Positions 28,892 to 39,036 are shown, numbered from the stretch's first letter. The stretch is DNA of 64,000 nt from Leptospiraceae bacterium (GCA_040217195.1 JAVJNR010000004.1:192001-256000), one strand, 5' to 3'. Made by a program: numbers and translations. The notes: a model not told the origin generated them from the letters alone.

Positions 28892-30211
28892 TCAGGCTCG
28901 TTCAATCATCAAGGCTCCAGCAATGCCGCCATGTGCGCAGGCAGTACACAGAACTCGATTTACTGAATCGTCGTTTTTCATGTCCATTACAGCATTTGCA
29001 ATGAGTCGAATGCCGGTAGCCCCAAAAGGGTGTCCGATGGCAATGGAGCCGCCATAGCGATTCACTTTCTTTTCATCGAATTTCTTTTCCCAGTCATAAC
29101 CTGTGCGATTCTTGATTTCTTCAAGTGCGCCCACAGCTGTAGCTGAAAAAGCTTCGTGAATCTCAACGATATCGATATCGTCCATTTTCAGGCCCATTTC
29201 ATCGAGCAAAGCGAGAGAAGCCTCAGCCTGTCCCAGACCCATTACGTTTGGATGCACTCCACGCATGTTCCAGCCAGTCAGATACGCGGCTACTTCAAGG
29301 CCCAGCTCTTTGGCTTTCTCTTCAGTAGTAACGATTACTCCAGCAGCTCCATCAGATCGGGGAGACGCATTGAAGATGGTTACCGTAGGCCCGATTGTGC
29401 TTTTCAGATCGCCTTTGTACTTCTCTTTGAATTGATCAAATTTCATTCCAGGATTATCGAAAAGCAGCATGGCTCGTTCCATTCTGGTAGGATTTTCCAC
29501 CAGACCTTTACGCAGCATTACAGCTTCGTCTACCTTCAGGGGCTCACCGTTTTCATCGTCTACGGCGATAATATAGGGCTCATACAATCCGGCTTCAGCG
29601 GCTTCCAGGGATCGTTTGAAGCTTTCATAAGCAACCTTGTCCTGAGTTTCTCTCTTCAGTGAATAGTTCTGAGCAACAATCTCTGCAGTCACTTGCATAC
29701 CATAGCTGGTTTCGCCATCACCCAGTCCATCTTCCAGGGTATCTCGAACTTCTACGCCTTCTGGCAGATCGTCCGGCAGAGCTTTTTTCAGTTTGTCCAC
29801 AGTTCCAGTTTTCTTATGCAGACGCGCGTTTCGCACAACAAATGGCATAGACGTCTGGGATTCCTCTCCAATGGCCAGAATTACCTCTCCCTCACCCAGA
29901 AGGATTCGGCGACCGGCTTCAACTACAGCTTCCATGGCAGAAACGCAGTTTTGATTCACAGTAATGGCAGGAATTTCATCCCGAAGTTCCAGAAGATTGG
30001 AGATGACTCGGGCCGAGTTGGGAGCAAAAGGGAATCCCTCTCCCACAACTACAGCATCGATCTTTTTCTTATCGATGCCGCTCTTTTCCAGGATATCCTT
30101 AGCTACGATCTGGCCAAGATGATGGGCAGAAAAACGACCCAGAGCTTTACCGATTTGAGCAAAAGGAGTCCTACGAGGATAACAGATTGCAAGACGCTGG
30201 TTTAATTTCAT
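28892..30211 (-). CDS. thiolase (acetyl-CoA C-acyltransferase)
   Basis: RTPF, NQNCVSA, SDGAA, HEAF, GHPFGATG, CAHGG; ATG 30211 preferred. Confidence 0.92.
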   Translation of the reverse strand: MKLNQRLAICYPRRTPFAQIGKALGRFSAHHLGQIVAKDILEKSGIDKKKIDAVVVGEGFPFAPNSARVISNLLELRDEIPAITVNQNCVSAMEAVVEAGRRILLGEGEVILAIGEESQTSMPFVVRNARLHKKTGTVDKLKKALPDDLPEGVEVRDTLEDGLGDGETSYGMQVTAEIVAQNYSLKRETQDKVAYESFKRSLEAAEAGLYEPYIIAVDDENGEPLKVDEAVMLRKGLVENPTRMERAMLLFDNPGMKFDQFKEKYKGDLKSTIGPTVTIFNASPRSDGAAGVIVTTEEKAKELGLEVAAYLTGWNMRGVHPNVMGLGQAEASLALLDEMGLKMDDIDIVEIHEAFSATAVGALEEIKNRTGYDWEKKFDEKKVNRYGGSIAIGHPFGATGIRLIANAVMDMKNDDSVNRVLCTACAHGGIAGALMIERA

Positions 30212-30541
30212 AGTGATAAGACAAAAATCGCAGTCCGCATCGCGGGTCAATGAAATCTGTTCCAAATTGGCCCGGGTAAAATAGAAGACGGCGAGACATA
30301 AGCTCCGGCGATCGTTGTAACCGGTAAAGGTCCCGAAACGAAATTTGAAACCGAGAGAAATAAAATGTTAGGACTAATAGGCAAGATTCCAGTGCGTGGA
30401 ACAAATGCTAGAGTCAATTCGATGCGGTCTAAAGAAATACCAGAAATTCCCTGGTAAGGTTCCATACCCGGAAAAATAGCGGCCTGATATTCCGGAACAA
30501 CAGGCCTGCAAAAAATGAAGAGTCGAAGACGGAGCGCTGTC

Positions 30542-31462
30542 TTATTGAAACGTCGATCCTACTCCGTTCTGGATTAGCTTCTTGAGATTCTGACTGTCAT
30601 GGGCCACAACTAACTGAATCTCTGGATATTGGTTTTGCATTTCTAGCAGCGCTTTGAGTTGATGGGCCACCTGATTTCGATCCTCGTTCAAAAAGAGCCA
30701 GGATACCAGAGCTGGCCGGCCGGTTTGCTCCGTGATATTTTTCTGTCCCCAGGCAATGTCTCCAATGAAAAGAAATTCCTGGCCGGATTGCATTCGAACG
30801 TAAATGAGCTGACTACCCAGGCTATGTCCAGGAGCCTTCTGAAGCACAACCCCTGGTGCAATTCTGTGCAGCCCATCGTATTTTAGAGGATTAAGCTTTT
30901 CCAGATTTCCCTCGGGAAATCGCGCCGCCTCAATGGTGGGTCCGTTAATCTGTTCCTCACTTAGAAATACCTGATCCTTTATCTCTTCGAAAAATGGTGA
31001 CTGAGCAATTCCACCAACATGGTCCACATGCTCATGGGTTGCCACAATCCATTTTGCGCGCTTCATGGCTGTTTGCATAATGTCAAATCGCTGGGAATAG
31101 AATGGTTCACCTTCATAGAATTCATTATGCAACGATTCATCCTGGGCTGTATCCAGGATTAACTCACTTCCATCAGCGTAGATTAGTTGATAGGATACAA
31201 AAACTAGAGTAGTCTTTGAGAACAGGCTGGCACCGGCAACAATGGCTGCAGATGGAAAACTTCCTTCTCCGATCACAATACTATTCAATGCCACAGGACC
31301 AGAAGCCCCCTGGTTTGGCTCAGTTGTTAACTCTCGCATCCCTTCAATATCAATTTTAAATTCACTTCGATCTACAGAAGGGCTCTGCATGAAAAGAACA
31401 TAATATCCTGCAATGATTAGAGCCAGAAGAGAGGGAATAAGCCATTTCCATAGTTTTGTCAT
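30542..31462 (-). CDS. MBL-fold metallo-hydrolase
   Basis: HEHVDH, PGHS, GD, AHD; N-terminal TM. Confidence 0.85.
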   Translation of the reverse strand: MTKLWKWLIPSLLALIIAGYYVLFMQSPSVDRSEFKIDIEGMRELTTEPNQGASGPVALNSIVIGEGSFPSAAIVAGASLFSKTTLVFVSYQLIYADGSELILDTAQDESLHNEFYEGEPFYSQRFDIMQTAMKRAKWIVATHEHVDHVGGIAQSPFFEEIKDQVFLSEEQINGPTIEAARFPEGNLEKLNPLKYDGLHRIAPGVVLQKAPGHSLGSQLIYVRMQSGQEFLFIGDIAWGQKNITEQTGRPALVSWLFLNEDRNQVAHQLKALLEMQNQYPEIQLVVAHDSQNLKKLIQNGVGSTFQ

Positions 31463-31567
31463 AATTATAGAAGCTCATTGTACTTTCCTCTGTCAACCTG
31501 GATTGGACTTTCAGTTGACTTGATCTCAGGACAGGTATTATGGAGGCCCGTTTCCCGGTAGGTCCCC

Positions 31568-31938
31568 ATGAAACTCAAGACAAAAGTAACACTTCTAACA
31601 ACTACTACATTCCTGCTAGGAACCATCGGACTTAGCAGTGCATTCTATGTTCAATATGCGGCCGTGATAGAGAGTCGCATCAAGCGCCAGCTAACCCAGG
31701 CAGCTACAGTAGTTAAATCTACCATCAACCAATCGGGCATGATGGATCTTTACGAGGAGGATGCCAGGCAGACTGAATATTACAGTGACCAACCTAAAAA
31801 GACTTTCAGAAATCAGGGATGCATTTGGAATGAAGTATGCCTATGTAATGGATGTTCGGGGCCCGGACGATTTTATATTTCTATTTGATACAGCCAACTA
31901 TGAGCCCGATGAACACTATGATCCGGAAGCAACCAACC
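31568..31938 (+). pseudogene. frameshifted, truncated 5' fragment of a membrane sensor (chemoreceptor or kinase type)
   Basis: MKLKTKV plus one TM helix; after about 31785 the plausible sequence continues in another frame (NLKRLSEIRDAFGMKYAYVM...FIFLFDT) and runs into the stop of the convergent gene. Confidence 0.6.
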
Positions 31939-32586
31939 CTATTTCGTGCGAAGAAAAAGTTGAACCTGCCAGAACAGTGTCTTTCGCACTTTTATCTTTT
32001 TAAAACCCCTGGAATGCATTAGCCTGTCCACATCTGCGCTGGCATGGATGTACATCTTATAGTCTGGATCAAATAATCGCACAAACAGATTACCGATTCG
32101 CCCGGCCATCCTGGATAAAAATCCATCCCGCGGAAATACCAGAGCTACAGCCCTCCTGGCCCGATCCGCAGCGCTTCCAAGTAATTCATTCATCAGAGGA
32201 TAGCAGCAGATAACCCGATCCAGGGTCACCAGATCCGCCCCGAGATCAGATTTGTCCTGTACCAATTCCACAAAATCGCCATGAAAATAGTCGGTGCGAT
32301 GAGAGTGTCCCCTCCGATTCGCTTCCTCCCGGGACACCTGAATATAGGCTGAAGCACCATCCACTTGAATGGCATGATTCAGACCGGAGTCAAATAGTTC
32401 GTGCTGGATGACTCCTACACCGCCTCCGATGTCAAGAAGAGAGCTACTGGATGCCATGGGACGAAGGAAACTCAGCAGAATGGAAGTGGTACGACGAGGC
32501 CCCATCCATCGATAAAACCTTAGTTCTCGCCTGGCAACCTTACTGTCGAAAAGACGCTCTATCCCCTGACATTGGCTGCAACCCAT
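31939..32586 (-). CDS. class I SAM-dependent methyltransferase
   Basis: LLDIGGGVG, HGDF, VTLDRVICCYP. Confidence 0.85.
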   Translation of the reverse strand: MGCSQCQGIERLFDSKVARRELRFYRWMGPRRTTSILLSFLRPMASSSSLLDIGGGVGVIQHELFDSGLNHAIQVDGASAYIQVSREEANRRGHSHRTDYFHGDFVELVQDKSDLGADLVTLDRVICCYPLMNELLGSAADRARRAVALVFPRDGFLSRMAGRIGNLFVRLFDPDYKMYIHASADVDRLMHSRGFKKIKVRKTLFWQVQLFLRTK

Positions 32587-32648
32587 AGCATGGATTTGCC
32601 CATATCGCAGTTAGAGTAAAGACATTTTCAATCCATCCGTTCAATGCT

Positions 32649-34586
32649 TTATCGAATGAAGATTCGCACGCTAAAACCTGGCCACTCCAGTATCTCCAAC
32701 CCTCCATCACAAAGCAGTAGCAAGGTTGAATGGATGGCCAACCCCTGACCGGAACCGCTGCCGGAAATATCTGGATCCTTAATGGTGTTGGTTTCCAATT
32801 CAGGTAAAGCCCCTTGCTTTTCGAAAGCATGAGAGTCTCTTTCCATGGCCGGTGCCGGGCCTATCTGCCAGTCCAGACGATTATTGGAAACCCTGGAGGA
32901 AACTATGGCCGGAGTATCCGAATGCGAAGCTGCATTGTGCAGAATTTCGCGCAATGCATAAAACACAGTTTCCTTTTCAGAAGGATTCAGATCTGGCTCA
33001 ACAGTAACTGCTAACTCGCCCGTGGCATAGCCAGGGCGTCCCATTATTTCTCGGATCCCACCAAGAAGGCCCTTCTTTAACAAAGTATTATCATAGCCCG
33101 GCATTTCCTTTAGTAGACCTGCTATGGATTTATGAAGATTCGTCAGGCGCTCTGTGGTCGCTCTATCAACGCTTTCTTCCAGGATCAGACTGTGAATTTC
33201 GGGCAACACTTCATCATGTAACACTCTACGAGACATTGTTTCGGTCAGTTTGCGCGAATGCAGATAATCCTTTTGTAGATCCATTAGTGTGCGAGAGAAT
33301 TGAATCAAAGCCATGGCATCCAATAGTCTTTCTCCAATAGACCTGGTAAATGCAGCCTCTTCCCGCGTAAGCCCCGGACCTTTCAGATGCAGGCTACCGT
33401 GCTTTCCATCAGGTCCCAGAGGAATGATTGTATGCTGCCAGGGACTATCCTTACCGGCAGGTTCCCTTTGCACTTCCAGCCCCTTTCCCAGAATGGATGC
33501 ATGTGTTCCTGCCGGTGTAATCTTACCACTATTCAGATCAAACTCCCGGCAGAGATTACCCAGCACTTCCTCCGCCGCATCGGACTCATTGCGAAACAAT
33601 TGACCATACAGATTCGCAGTGACCGAAGACTGCATTCGGGTAAGAATCTTCTCCCTGTCCTTCATCATGCGATATTCCAGGTATCCAGCCTGGGTCCCCA
33701 GAGATGAAACGAGTATTATTGCCCAGTAGATCTCATCCAGCCATTGATATAGAAAGCCTGCCACCAGGGAGATGCATAAAAGAAAAGCTACATTCTTACG
33801 GAAGTACCGGAGCATTCCCAGCCGGGGCATGCTACCGCTGAATACCTCATATCGAACCGAAGCCTGACTAACCCAGATTATGGCCCACAGAATAGAGAGC
33901 TGTGCCAGAACATCCAATCCCAGTGCAATGGCAGCATTTTCTCTGCCCAGAAACCAGGCCAGAACCGCAATAAACACCAGAAGTATTAGCGAATACGCCC
34001 CCCTCTTTAGTAATACCCTTCCAGATCGATCGGTGGAACCGGACCGACCATTCAGCACCAGGGTAGCTGAGATGGCTGGTATAGCTGCACTTGTTCCCAG
34101 AAGTAAAAGTCCCGGATTTAACCTCCTCTGTAGCAGCGAAACCAGTACTCCCTGCTCCGGAATCCAGACCTCCACAAGAAAGAAGACCATAAGACTGATT
34201 GAGCAGAGCAATACAGATAACACTCCGGATCTGGTCAGCGAAACTGCCTGTCCTCTTCGCTTCCTTTCACTTACCAGTACATTAATCAAAAATAAAAAGG
34301 AGAGCAGGACAGCAAGATAGAGAGCTGCGGGTAGCAGAGCTAAAATTTTCTCGGAATTTCCATCCTGGAAACTGGACAGTCCCAGAATGTGCAAAATAAA
34401 GAATACCGCTGCCAGAATCAGAGATAAACCAGCCAGCAAAGCCGGAGGGCTGTTTCTTCTACCATTCCAGAATAACACTGAGCCCTGATAGAGCAACAAT
34501 CCAAGAGCCCAGAAGGAAAGCACCATAGCAACGATTTCCGCTACTTGCGAACCGAGAACTTCAATCGTCATGAAACTGGCCTTCAT
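32649..34586 (-). CDS. multi-TM sensor histidine kinase, HisKA_3-like, divergent
   Basis: About 9 TM segments; H-box RRVLHDEV; N-box REILHNAASHS; GSGQGL; overlaps the response regulator. Confidence 0.75.
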   Translation of the reverse strand: MKASFMTIEVLGSQVAEIVAMVLSFWALGLLLYQGSVLFWNGRRNSPPALLAGLSLILAAVFFILHILGLSSFQDGNSEKILALLPAALYLAVLLSFLFLINVLVSERKRRGQAVSLTRSGVLSVLLCSISLMVFFLVEVWIPEQGVLVSLLQRRLNPGLLLLGTSAAIPAISATLVLNGRSGSTDRSGRVLLKRGAYSLILLVFIAVLAWFLGRENAAIALGLDVLAQLSILWAIIWVSQASVRYEVFSGSMPRLGMLRYFRKNVAFLLCISLVAGFLYQWLDEIYWAIILVSSLGTQAGYLEYRMMKDREKILTRMQSSVTANLYGQLFRNESDAAEEVLGNLCREFDLNSGKITPAGTHASILGKGLEVQREPAGKDSPWQHTIIPLGPDGKHGSLHLKGPGLTREEAAFTRSIGERLLDAMALIQFSRTLMDLQKDYLHSRKLTETMSRRVLHDEVLPEIHSLILEESVDRATTERLTNLHKSIAGLLKEMPGYDNTLLKKGLLGGIREIMGRPGYATGELAVTVEPDLNPSEKETVFYALREILHNAASHSDTPAIVSSRVSNNRLDWQIGPAPAMERDSHAFEKQGALPELETNTIKDPDISGSGSGQGLAIHSTLLLLCDGGLEILEWPGFSVRIFIR

Positions 34587-35250
34587 CGTCCCAGGTTAGG
34601 AAGCGGTTTTCTCTAACGATGATGGCCGCTCTGGTTCTGGCTACCTTCTCATCCGCCGCCGAATCATTCAGTCCCCAGATGGAATAAATCTGGCCATTTA
34701 TTCGACTTATGGTTCGCTTATCCTTGAAGCCCATTTTGCGAGCTATCTGTTCATTACTCATCCCGGCTGCCAGCATCTGCGCCACCTTTCGCTCATTTGG
34801 TTCCAGGATTTCCATGGGAGACTGACCGGTACGGATTTCGCTTACCCGGTCTTCAATCTCAGGATCGATGAAGCTACGACCGGCCACTGCATCGCGAATA
34901 AGGGGAGCAATCATCTCCGGCAATAGATAGTTGGACTTCCGAACATAGGCAAAGTGGCTGAGTATTCCTGACTCCAGAAAATCCTGGAAGTATCTGTCAT
35001 CATCTTGAATGGAGTAGAAAACAACAGGCATACGGGGCCATTCTGCGCGAATCCTGGCCGCACTTTGAATTCCATTTTCGCCTTCCAGCTGCACATCCAT
35101 AAGCAGAGCTGCCGGTGCTTCATGCATACAGTACTCAAATGCCTCTTCGCCACTTCCGCATTGAAAAAGCACCTGAAACCCCTCCGCAATCAGCCCTCGC
35201 CCCAGGCCTTCCCGTAGCCTGCTATTATCTTCTACAATTCCAAGTTTCAT
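34561..35250 (-). CDS. NarL/LuxR-like response regulator
   Basis: VEDN, LMDVQL, GRSFIDP, GMSNEQIA. Confidence 0.88.
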   Translation of the reverse strand: MKLGIVEDNSRLREGLGRGLIAEGFQVLFQCGSGEEAFEYCMHEAPAALLMDVQLEGENGIQSAARIRAEWPRMPVVFYSIQDDDRYFQDFLESGILSHFAYVRKSNYLLPEMIAPLIRDAVAGRSFIDPEIEDRVSEIRTGQSPMEILEPNERKVAQMLAAGMSNEQIARKMGFKDKRTISRINGQIYSIWGLNDSAADEKVARTRAAIIVRENRFLTWDDEGQFHDD

Positions 35251-35368
35251 AATTTTCGCAGCTATTGGGCAGAATTCCAGGGTAGCATCGGCTAATCAAA
35301 TTCCTGGCCACCTGCATCTTCTTTCTTCTCCAATTCAATGGGATTCAAAACATTTTCATCCAGGAAGT

Positions 35369-35386
35369 AAAGCACCTGAGTGCTTT
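35369..35386. promoter_or_regulatory. palindrome in divergent promoter region
   Basis: AAAGCAC-CTGA-GTGCTTT, perfect 7-bp arms. Confidence 0.4.
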
Positions 35387-35468
35387 GCCTGCGGCACCCG
35401 GGAGGTTTTTTTTCGCGGTGAAATGAGCTATAACCAGTCTGTCAGGGTCTTTTCCCGGGAGGTACACC

Positions 35469-36362
35469 ATGCTTAAGCCAGCTGACGCTAGAAGGATATT
35501 ACGAACCAGACCGTTTTTTAGAAATATTCAGCCCACATCCCCCTGGGCTAAATTTCTAGAACATTTTGAATCTAATGCGAATGTTTCTGTTCCCCTCGAA
35601 AATGAAATGGATTTTCCACAACTCTCATCCGTGCAGAGACGGGAACTATTGCGCTCCTTGAAGATATTTCAGAGAGGAGAAACCGGAGAAGGTAGAATTG
35701 TAAATGCGGTAGACGAGGCATCCTTTCATCCCCTGGACCATGAATACAGAAAGTCTCTAAGACTATTTGTGGCCGAGGAAGGTCGCCATGCGCGAATTCT
35801 GGGTATCATCATCCAGAACCTGAACCGGCAAGGATCAGAATATGTAGTGCCTAACGGCGATTCCAGACCGCTTCTCTGTTCATCTAACATCGATGAGCCG
35901 GAAGACCAGGATGATACCGCAAATGAGAATTCATGCAAGGCAGATTCCAGTATCAGTTATCGACTATTCTATGCTGCACGAGGCTTGATGGGGATTCGTT
36001 TGAAAGTCATGGTCCTTTTATGTGCTGAAATTATTGGCTGCGAATGCTATGATATTCTGGCCCGAGCGCTGGGATCAAGCAGCGCCGCCAGAAATATTCG
36101 CAGCATCCGAAACGATGAGCAAACCCATCTAAGGTTTCATTCACAGTTCTTTCACCTACTGGGCCGGAACGGAACCGGGCGCCGACTTTTCCTGGCTATG
36201 TATTTTCCCATTGCTGCGGCCGCCTGTGTCACAGTCCTTCTGGAACATCTTACACTTTTCCGTGCATTTGAAGTTTCTCCCTGGCATGTTTTGAAGCGAT
36301 TCATGGTTCGCATGGGCCATGGAAAAAACATGATTCTGAATGGCGCAATGGAGGCAGCATGA
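35469..36362 (+). CDS. ferritin-like di-iron protein
   Basis: E...ExxH...E...ExxH pattern: FQRGETGEG, EEGRH, CAEII, DEQTH; RBS GGAGG. Confidence 0.78.
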   Translation: MLKPADARRILRTRPFFRNIQPTSPWAKFLEHFESNANVSVPLENEMDFPQLSSVQRRELLRSLKIFQRGETGEGRIVNAVDEASFHPLDHEYRKSLRLFVAEEGRHARILGIIIQNLNRQGSEYVVPNGDSRPLLCSSNIDEPEDQDDTANENSCKADSSISYRLFYAARGLMGIRLKVMVLLCAEIIGCECYDILARALGSSSAARNIRSIRNDEQTHLRFHSQFFHLLGRNGTGRRLFLAMYFPIAAAACVTVLLEHLTLFRAFEVSPWHVLKRFMVRMGHGKNMILNGAMEAA

Positions 36363-37075
36363 TGAAGACCCAGGAATTGAAACATATATCGTTTATCATG
36401 GATGGTAATGGTCGCTGGGCCAGCGCACAGGGTATGGATCGCAGCAAGGGCCACAAAGCTGGTGTGGAAACCCTGGAAAGAATCGTCCTTGCCTGCAGCG
36501 AAAGAAAGATTCCCTACGTTTCCTTTTACGCCTTTTCAACAGAGAACTGGAAGCGTCCGGCCAGGGAAGTGCGAACCATATTCCTGCTTATGGAGCTATT
36601 CTTCCGACGAAGGATGAAAGCATTGGCCAGCCACAATATACGAATCATAGTATCTGGAGACTGGTCGGCCCTTCCTGGCCGGGCCAGAGAGATTGCCTCG
36701 GAATGCATAGCTTCCACAGCCCAGGCTACCGGAACCACGGTAAATCTCTGCATGAACTATGGAGGACAGATGGAGATTCGCCGTGCCTGTGCACTATGGG
36801 CCGCAAGATGCAAGGAAACCGGCGATTACTCGGTTCCAGATTCGGAGGAAATGCAGGATCTTCTATATTCAGGATTGCCAGACGTAGATCTAATGATTCG
36901 AACTGGAGGAGATCATCGAATTTCAAATTTCCTACTCTATCAACTGGCCTATGCGGAGCTATTCTTTACTCCCGTAGCCTGGCCGGACTTCGGAGTCGAT
37001 GAGCTGGACAGAATCATTGAACGTTACTCGGGCGTTGAGCGTAGACTGGGAGGTTTACCCGCCGCGAAACTTTGA
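36359..37075 (+). CDS. uppS: cis-isoprenyl diphosphate synthase (UppS family)
   Basis: HISFIMDGNGRWA, FSTENWKRP, NYGG, IRTGG...RISNFLLYQ, RRLGG. Confidence 0.92.
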   Translation: MMKTQELKHISFIMDGNGRWASAQGMDRSKGHKAGVETLERIVLACSERKIPYVSFYAFSTENWKRPAREVRTIFLLMELFFRRRMKALASHNIRIIVSGDWSALPGRAREIASECIASTAQATGTTVNLCMNYGGQMEIRRACALWAARCKETGDYSVPDSEEMQDLLYSGLPDVDLMIRTGGDHRISNFLLYQLAYAELFFTPVAWPDFGVDELDRIIERYSGVERRLGGLPAAKL

Positions 37076-37193
37076 ATCAAGGATTGACCTTCTGAAGCCA
37101 TGCCCCCATTGAGGTAGATTATCCAGTTCGCCCGGTGGATGTGCGAACGGACTCTGGCCGGAAGCATTTGGAAATTCATTTAGAAGGTACTCA

Positions 37194-38009
37194 ATGAAAC
37201 AGATTCAAGGGAAAGTAGCAGTTATCACCGGAGCCTCCCAGGGCATAGGCAGAGCCATCGCGCTGGAGCTGGCCAGGGAAGGCGCTTCGGTGGCTCTTAT
37301 CGCTAGAAACAAAGAGAAGCTAATGGCTGTTGCATCCGAGGCGGAATCACTTAATGCGAAGGCCGGCATCTATCCCTGCGATGCTACAGACCATGCTGCA
37401 CTGCGCCGAACTCTGGACCAGATCAAGGCAGATATGGGCCCTGTGGATATTCTGGTTAACAATGCAGGTGTGGGAACTTTCAAACCCCTGGAGCAAATGA
37501 CTATCAAGGAAAGCCAGGACCCGGTTGCCATTCCCTTTGGTGCGGCTGTTGTGGCCAGCCATCATGTCATCAAAGACATGCTTCAAAGCGGAGAAGGTCA
37601 CATCGTAAACCTAACAAGTCCGGCCGGATATTTTCCGTTTCCTTATATGGTGCCCTATACGGCGGCGCGTTTCGCAATCACCGGACTGTCCTTGAGTATG
37701 CACGAAGAATACAGAAAAAGAGGTATTGGAGTAACGCTTCTGTGTCCTGCCCAGGTAGACACAGGATATTTCAAACAAAACGATGCTGATATGGGCTGGT
37801 ATCCCAGGCTTGCGAAGATATTCCCGGTACTGAAGCCAGAGCAAGTGGCCAGAAAGGCAGTGTACTGCATCAAGAAAAATCGAAAGGAAATGATATTTCC
37901 ATTCTTGCTCTGGTTTTCCACAAAATTCTATCTAACCTTTCCCGGATTTACCTTCGCCCTATTGCGAATCATCGGATTACTGAGACCCGTAAATGATCCC
38001 CCGCGATAG
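37194..38009 (+). CDS. SDR family oxidoreductase
   Basis: TGASQGIG, NNAG, YTAAR (Arg at the YxxxK Lys). Confidence 0.9.
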   Translation: MKQIQGKVAVITGASQGIGRAIALELAREGASVALIARNKEKLMAVASEAESLNAKAGIYPCDATDHAALRRTLDQIKADMGPVDILVNNAGVGTFKPLEQMTIKESQDPVAIPFGAAVVASHHVIKDMLQSGEGHIVNLTSPAGYFPFPYMVPYTAARFAITGLSLSMHEEYRKRGIGVTLLCPAQVDTGYFKQNDADMGWYPRLAKIFPVLKPEQVARKAVYCIKKNRKEMIFPFLLWFSTKFYLTFPGFTFALLRIIGLLRPVNDPPR

Positions 38010-38195
38010 CAGAATCGGCCCGTTTCTGACAGTACTGGCCCAACAATAGGCATTAATGCGGCAATGATAAACAGGTAGGGAAAAAACACATTGGAGGGAT
38101 TCAAATATTCCAGCTCCCACCTGGCGCTCCTGATTTAGAACAGGGTAGAAACTGTAGAAAAGCCGATACGCTGCCCATCTTCACAGAAAAACAGA

Positions 38196-38234
38196 CCACA
38201 TGGGTAACAGACTGTACCGGCCACATGGGTAACA
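38196..38234 (-). mobile_element. orphan IS481-family-like terminal sequence
   Basis: Two exact CCACATGGGTAACA copies at 38196 and 38221 (25-bp period); minus strand TGTTACCCATGTGGCCGGTACAGTCTGTTACCCATGTGG; no transposase. Family assignment is from memory. Confidence 0.55.
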
Positions 38235-38289
38235 TGTTTCCATGCGAGGGTTTTCGCAGAGATGAATCCTGCTTCCAGAATCTGGATCT

Positions 38290-39036
38290 TTAAAGAGTTA
38301 GAATCAAAGGTTCCTGGTTACGAACAATCAATGTATGCTCGAATTGGGCCACGAAGCTACCATCGTGAGTTGTAAGAGTCCATCCGTCCTGCCCTTCCAG
38401 GGCAAACTGGGCTCCGGTGGAAATAAAGGTTTCAATGGCAATAACGGATCCAGCGGCCAGGGTCCGGTCATCCCTTGGATCTTCGTAATTCAAGATATCG
38501 TAGGGCTCCTCATGAAGTGCGCTTCCGGTACCATGACCCGCCAGATTAAGAATAACATTGTATCCTGCCTCGGTAGCCATAGATTGTATTTTTCGCCCGA
38601 TGCTGCGAATATGCATACCCCCACGTACTGATGCCACCGTTTCGTCCAATATATGATTGGATACTTCGCATAGTCTAAGTTTCTGCGAACTGGCATTTCC
38701 CAGGCAAAAGGAGGCTCCAGAATCAGCAAAGAAACCATCGCATTCCAGAGAAACATCAACATTAATCAAATCCCCATCCTCAAGAACTCTGTCGCCGGGG
38801 ATACCGTGAGCAATCTCTTCATTCACGCTAATACAGGTCTGACCGGGAAAGCCATAGGTAAGCACCGGAGCCGATTTTGCTCCCTGAACATTGAAATGAT
38901 CGTAGGCAATCTGATCTAAATCCCGGGTACTCATTCCCGGCCTGGCTGCAGCCCGCATGGTTCGGATGGTACTTGCAACAATCTGCCCCACCTTCTGCAG
39001 GGATCGAATTTGAACGGGGCTGCTAATTGACATCAT
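38290..39036 (-). CDS. map: type I methionine aminopeptidase
   Basis: CISVNEEIAHGIP, INVDVS, ADS, GHG, LHEEP, AIETF, AQFEHT. Confidence 0.95.
   Translation of the reverse strand: MMSISSPVQIRSLQKVGQIVASTIRTMRAAARPGMSTRDLDQIAYDHFNVQGAKSAPVLTYGFPGQTCISVNEEIAHGIPGDRVLEDGDLINVDVSLECDGFFADSGASFCLGNASSQKLRLCEVSNHILDETVASVRGGMHIRSIGRKIQSMATEAGYNVILNLAGHGTGSALHEEPYDILNYEDPRDDRTLAAGSVIAIETFISTGAQFALEGQDGWTLTTHDGSFVAQFEHTLIVRNQEPLILTL

Noticed and set aside
31939..32586. bchM Mg-protoporphyrin methyltransferase
   Set aside because: Only superficial resemblance; no tetrapyrrole or photosynthesis genes nearby.
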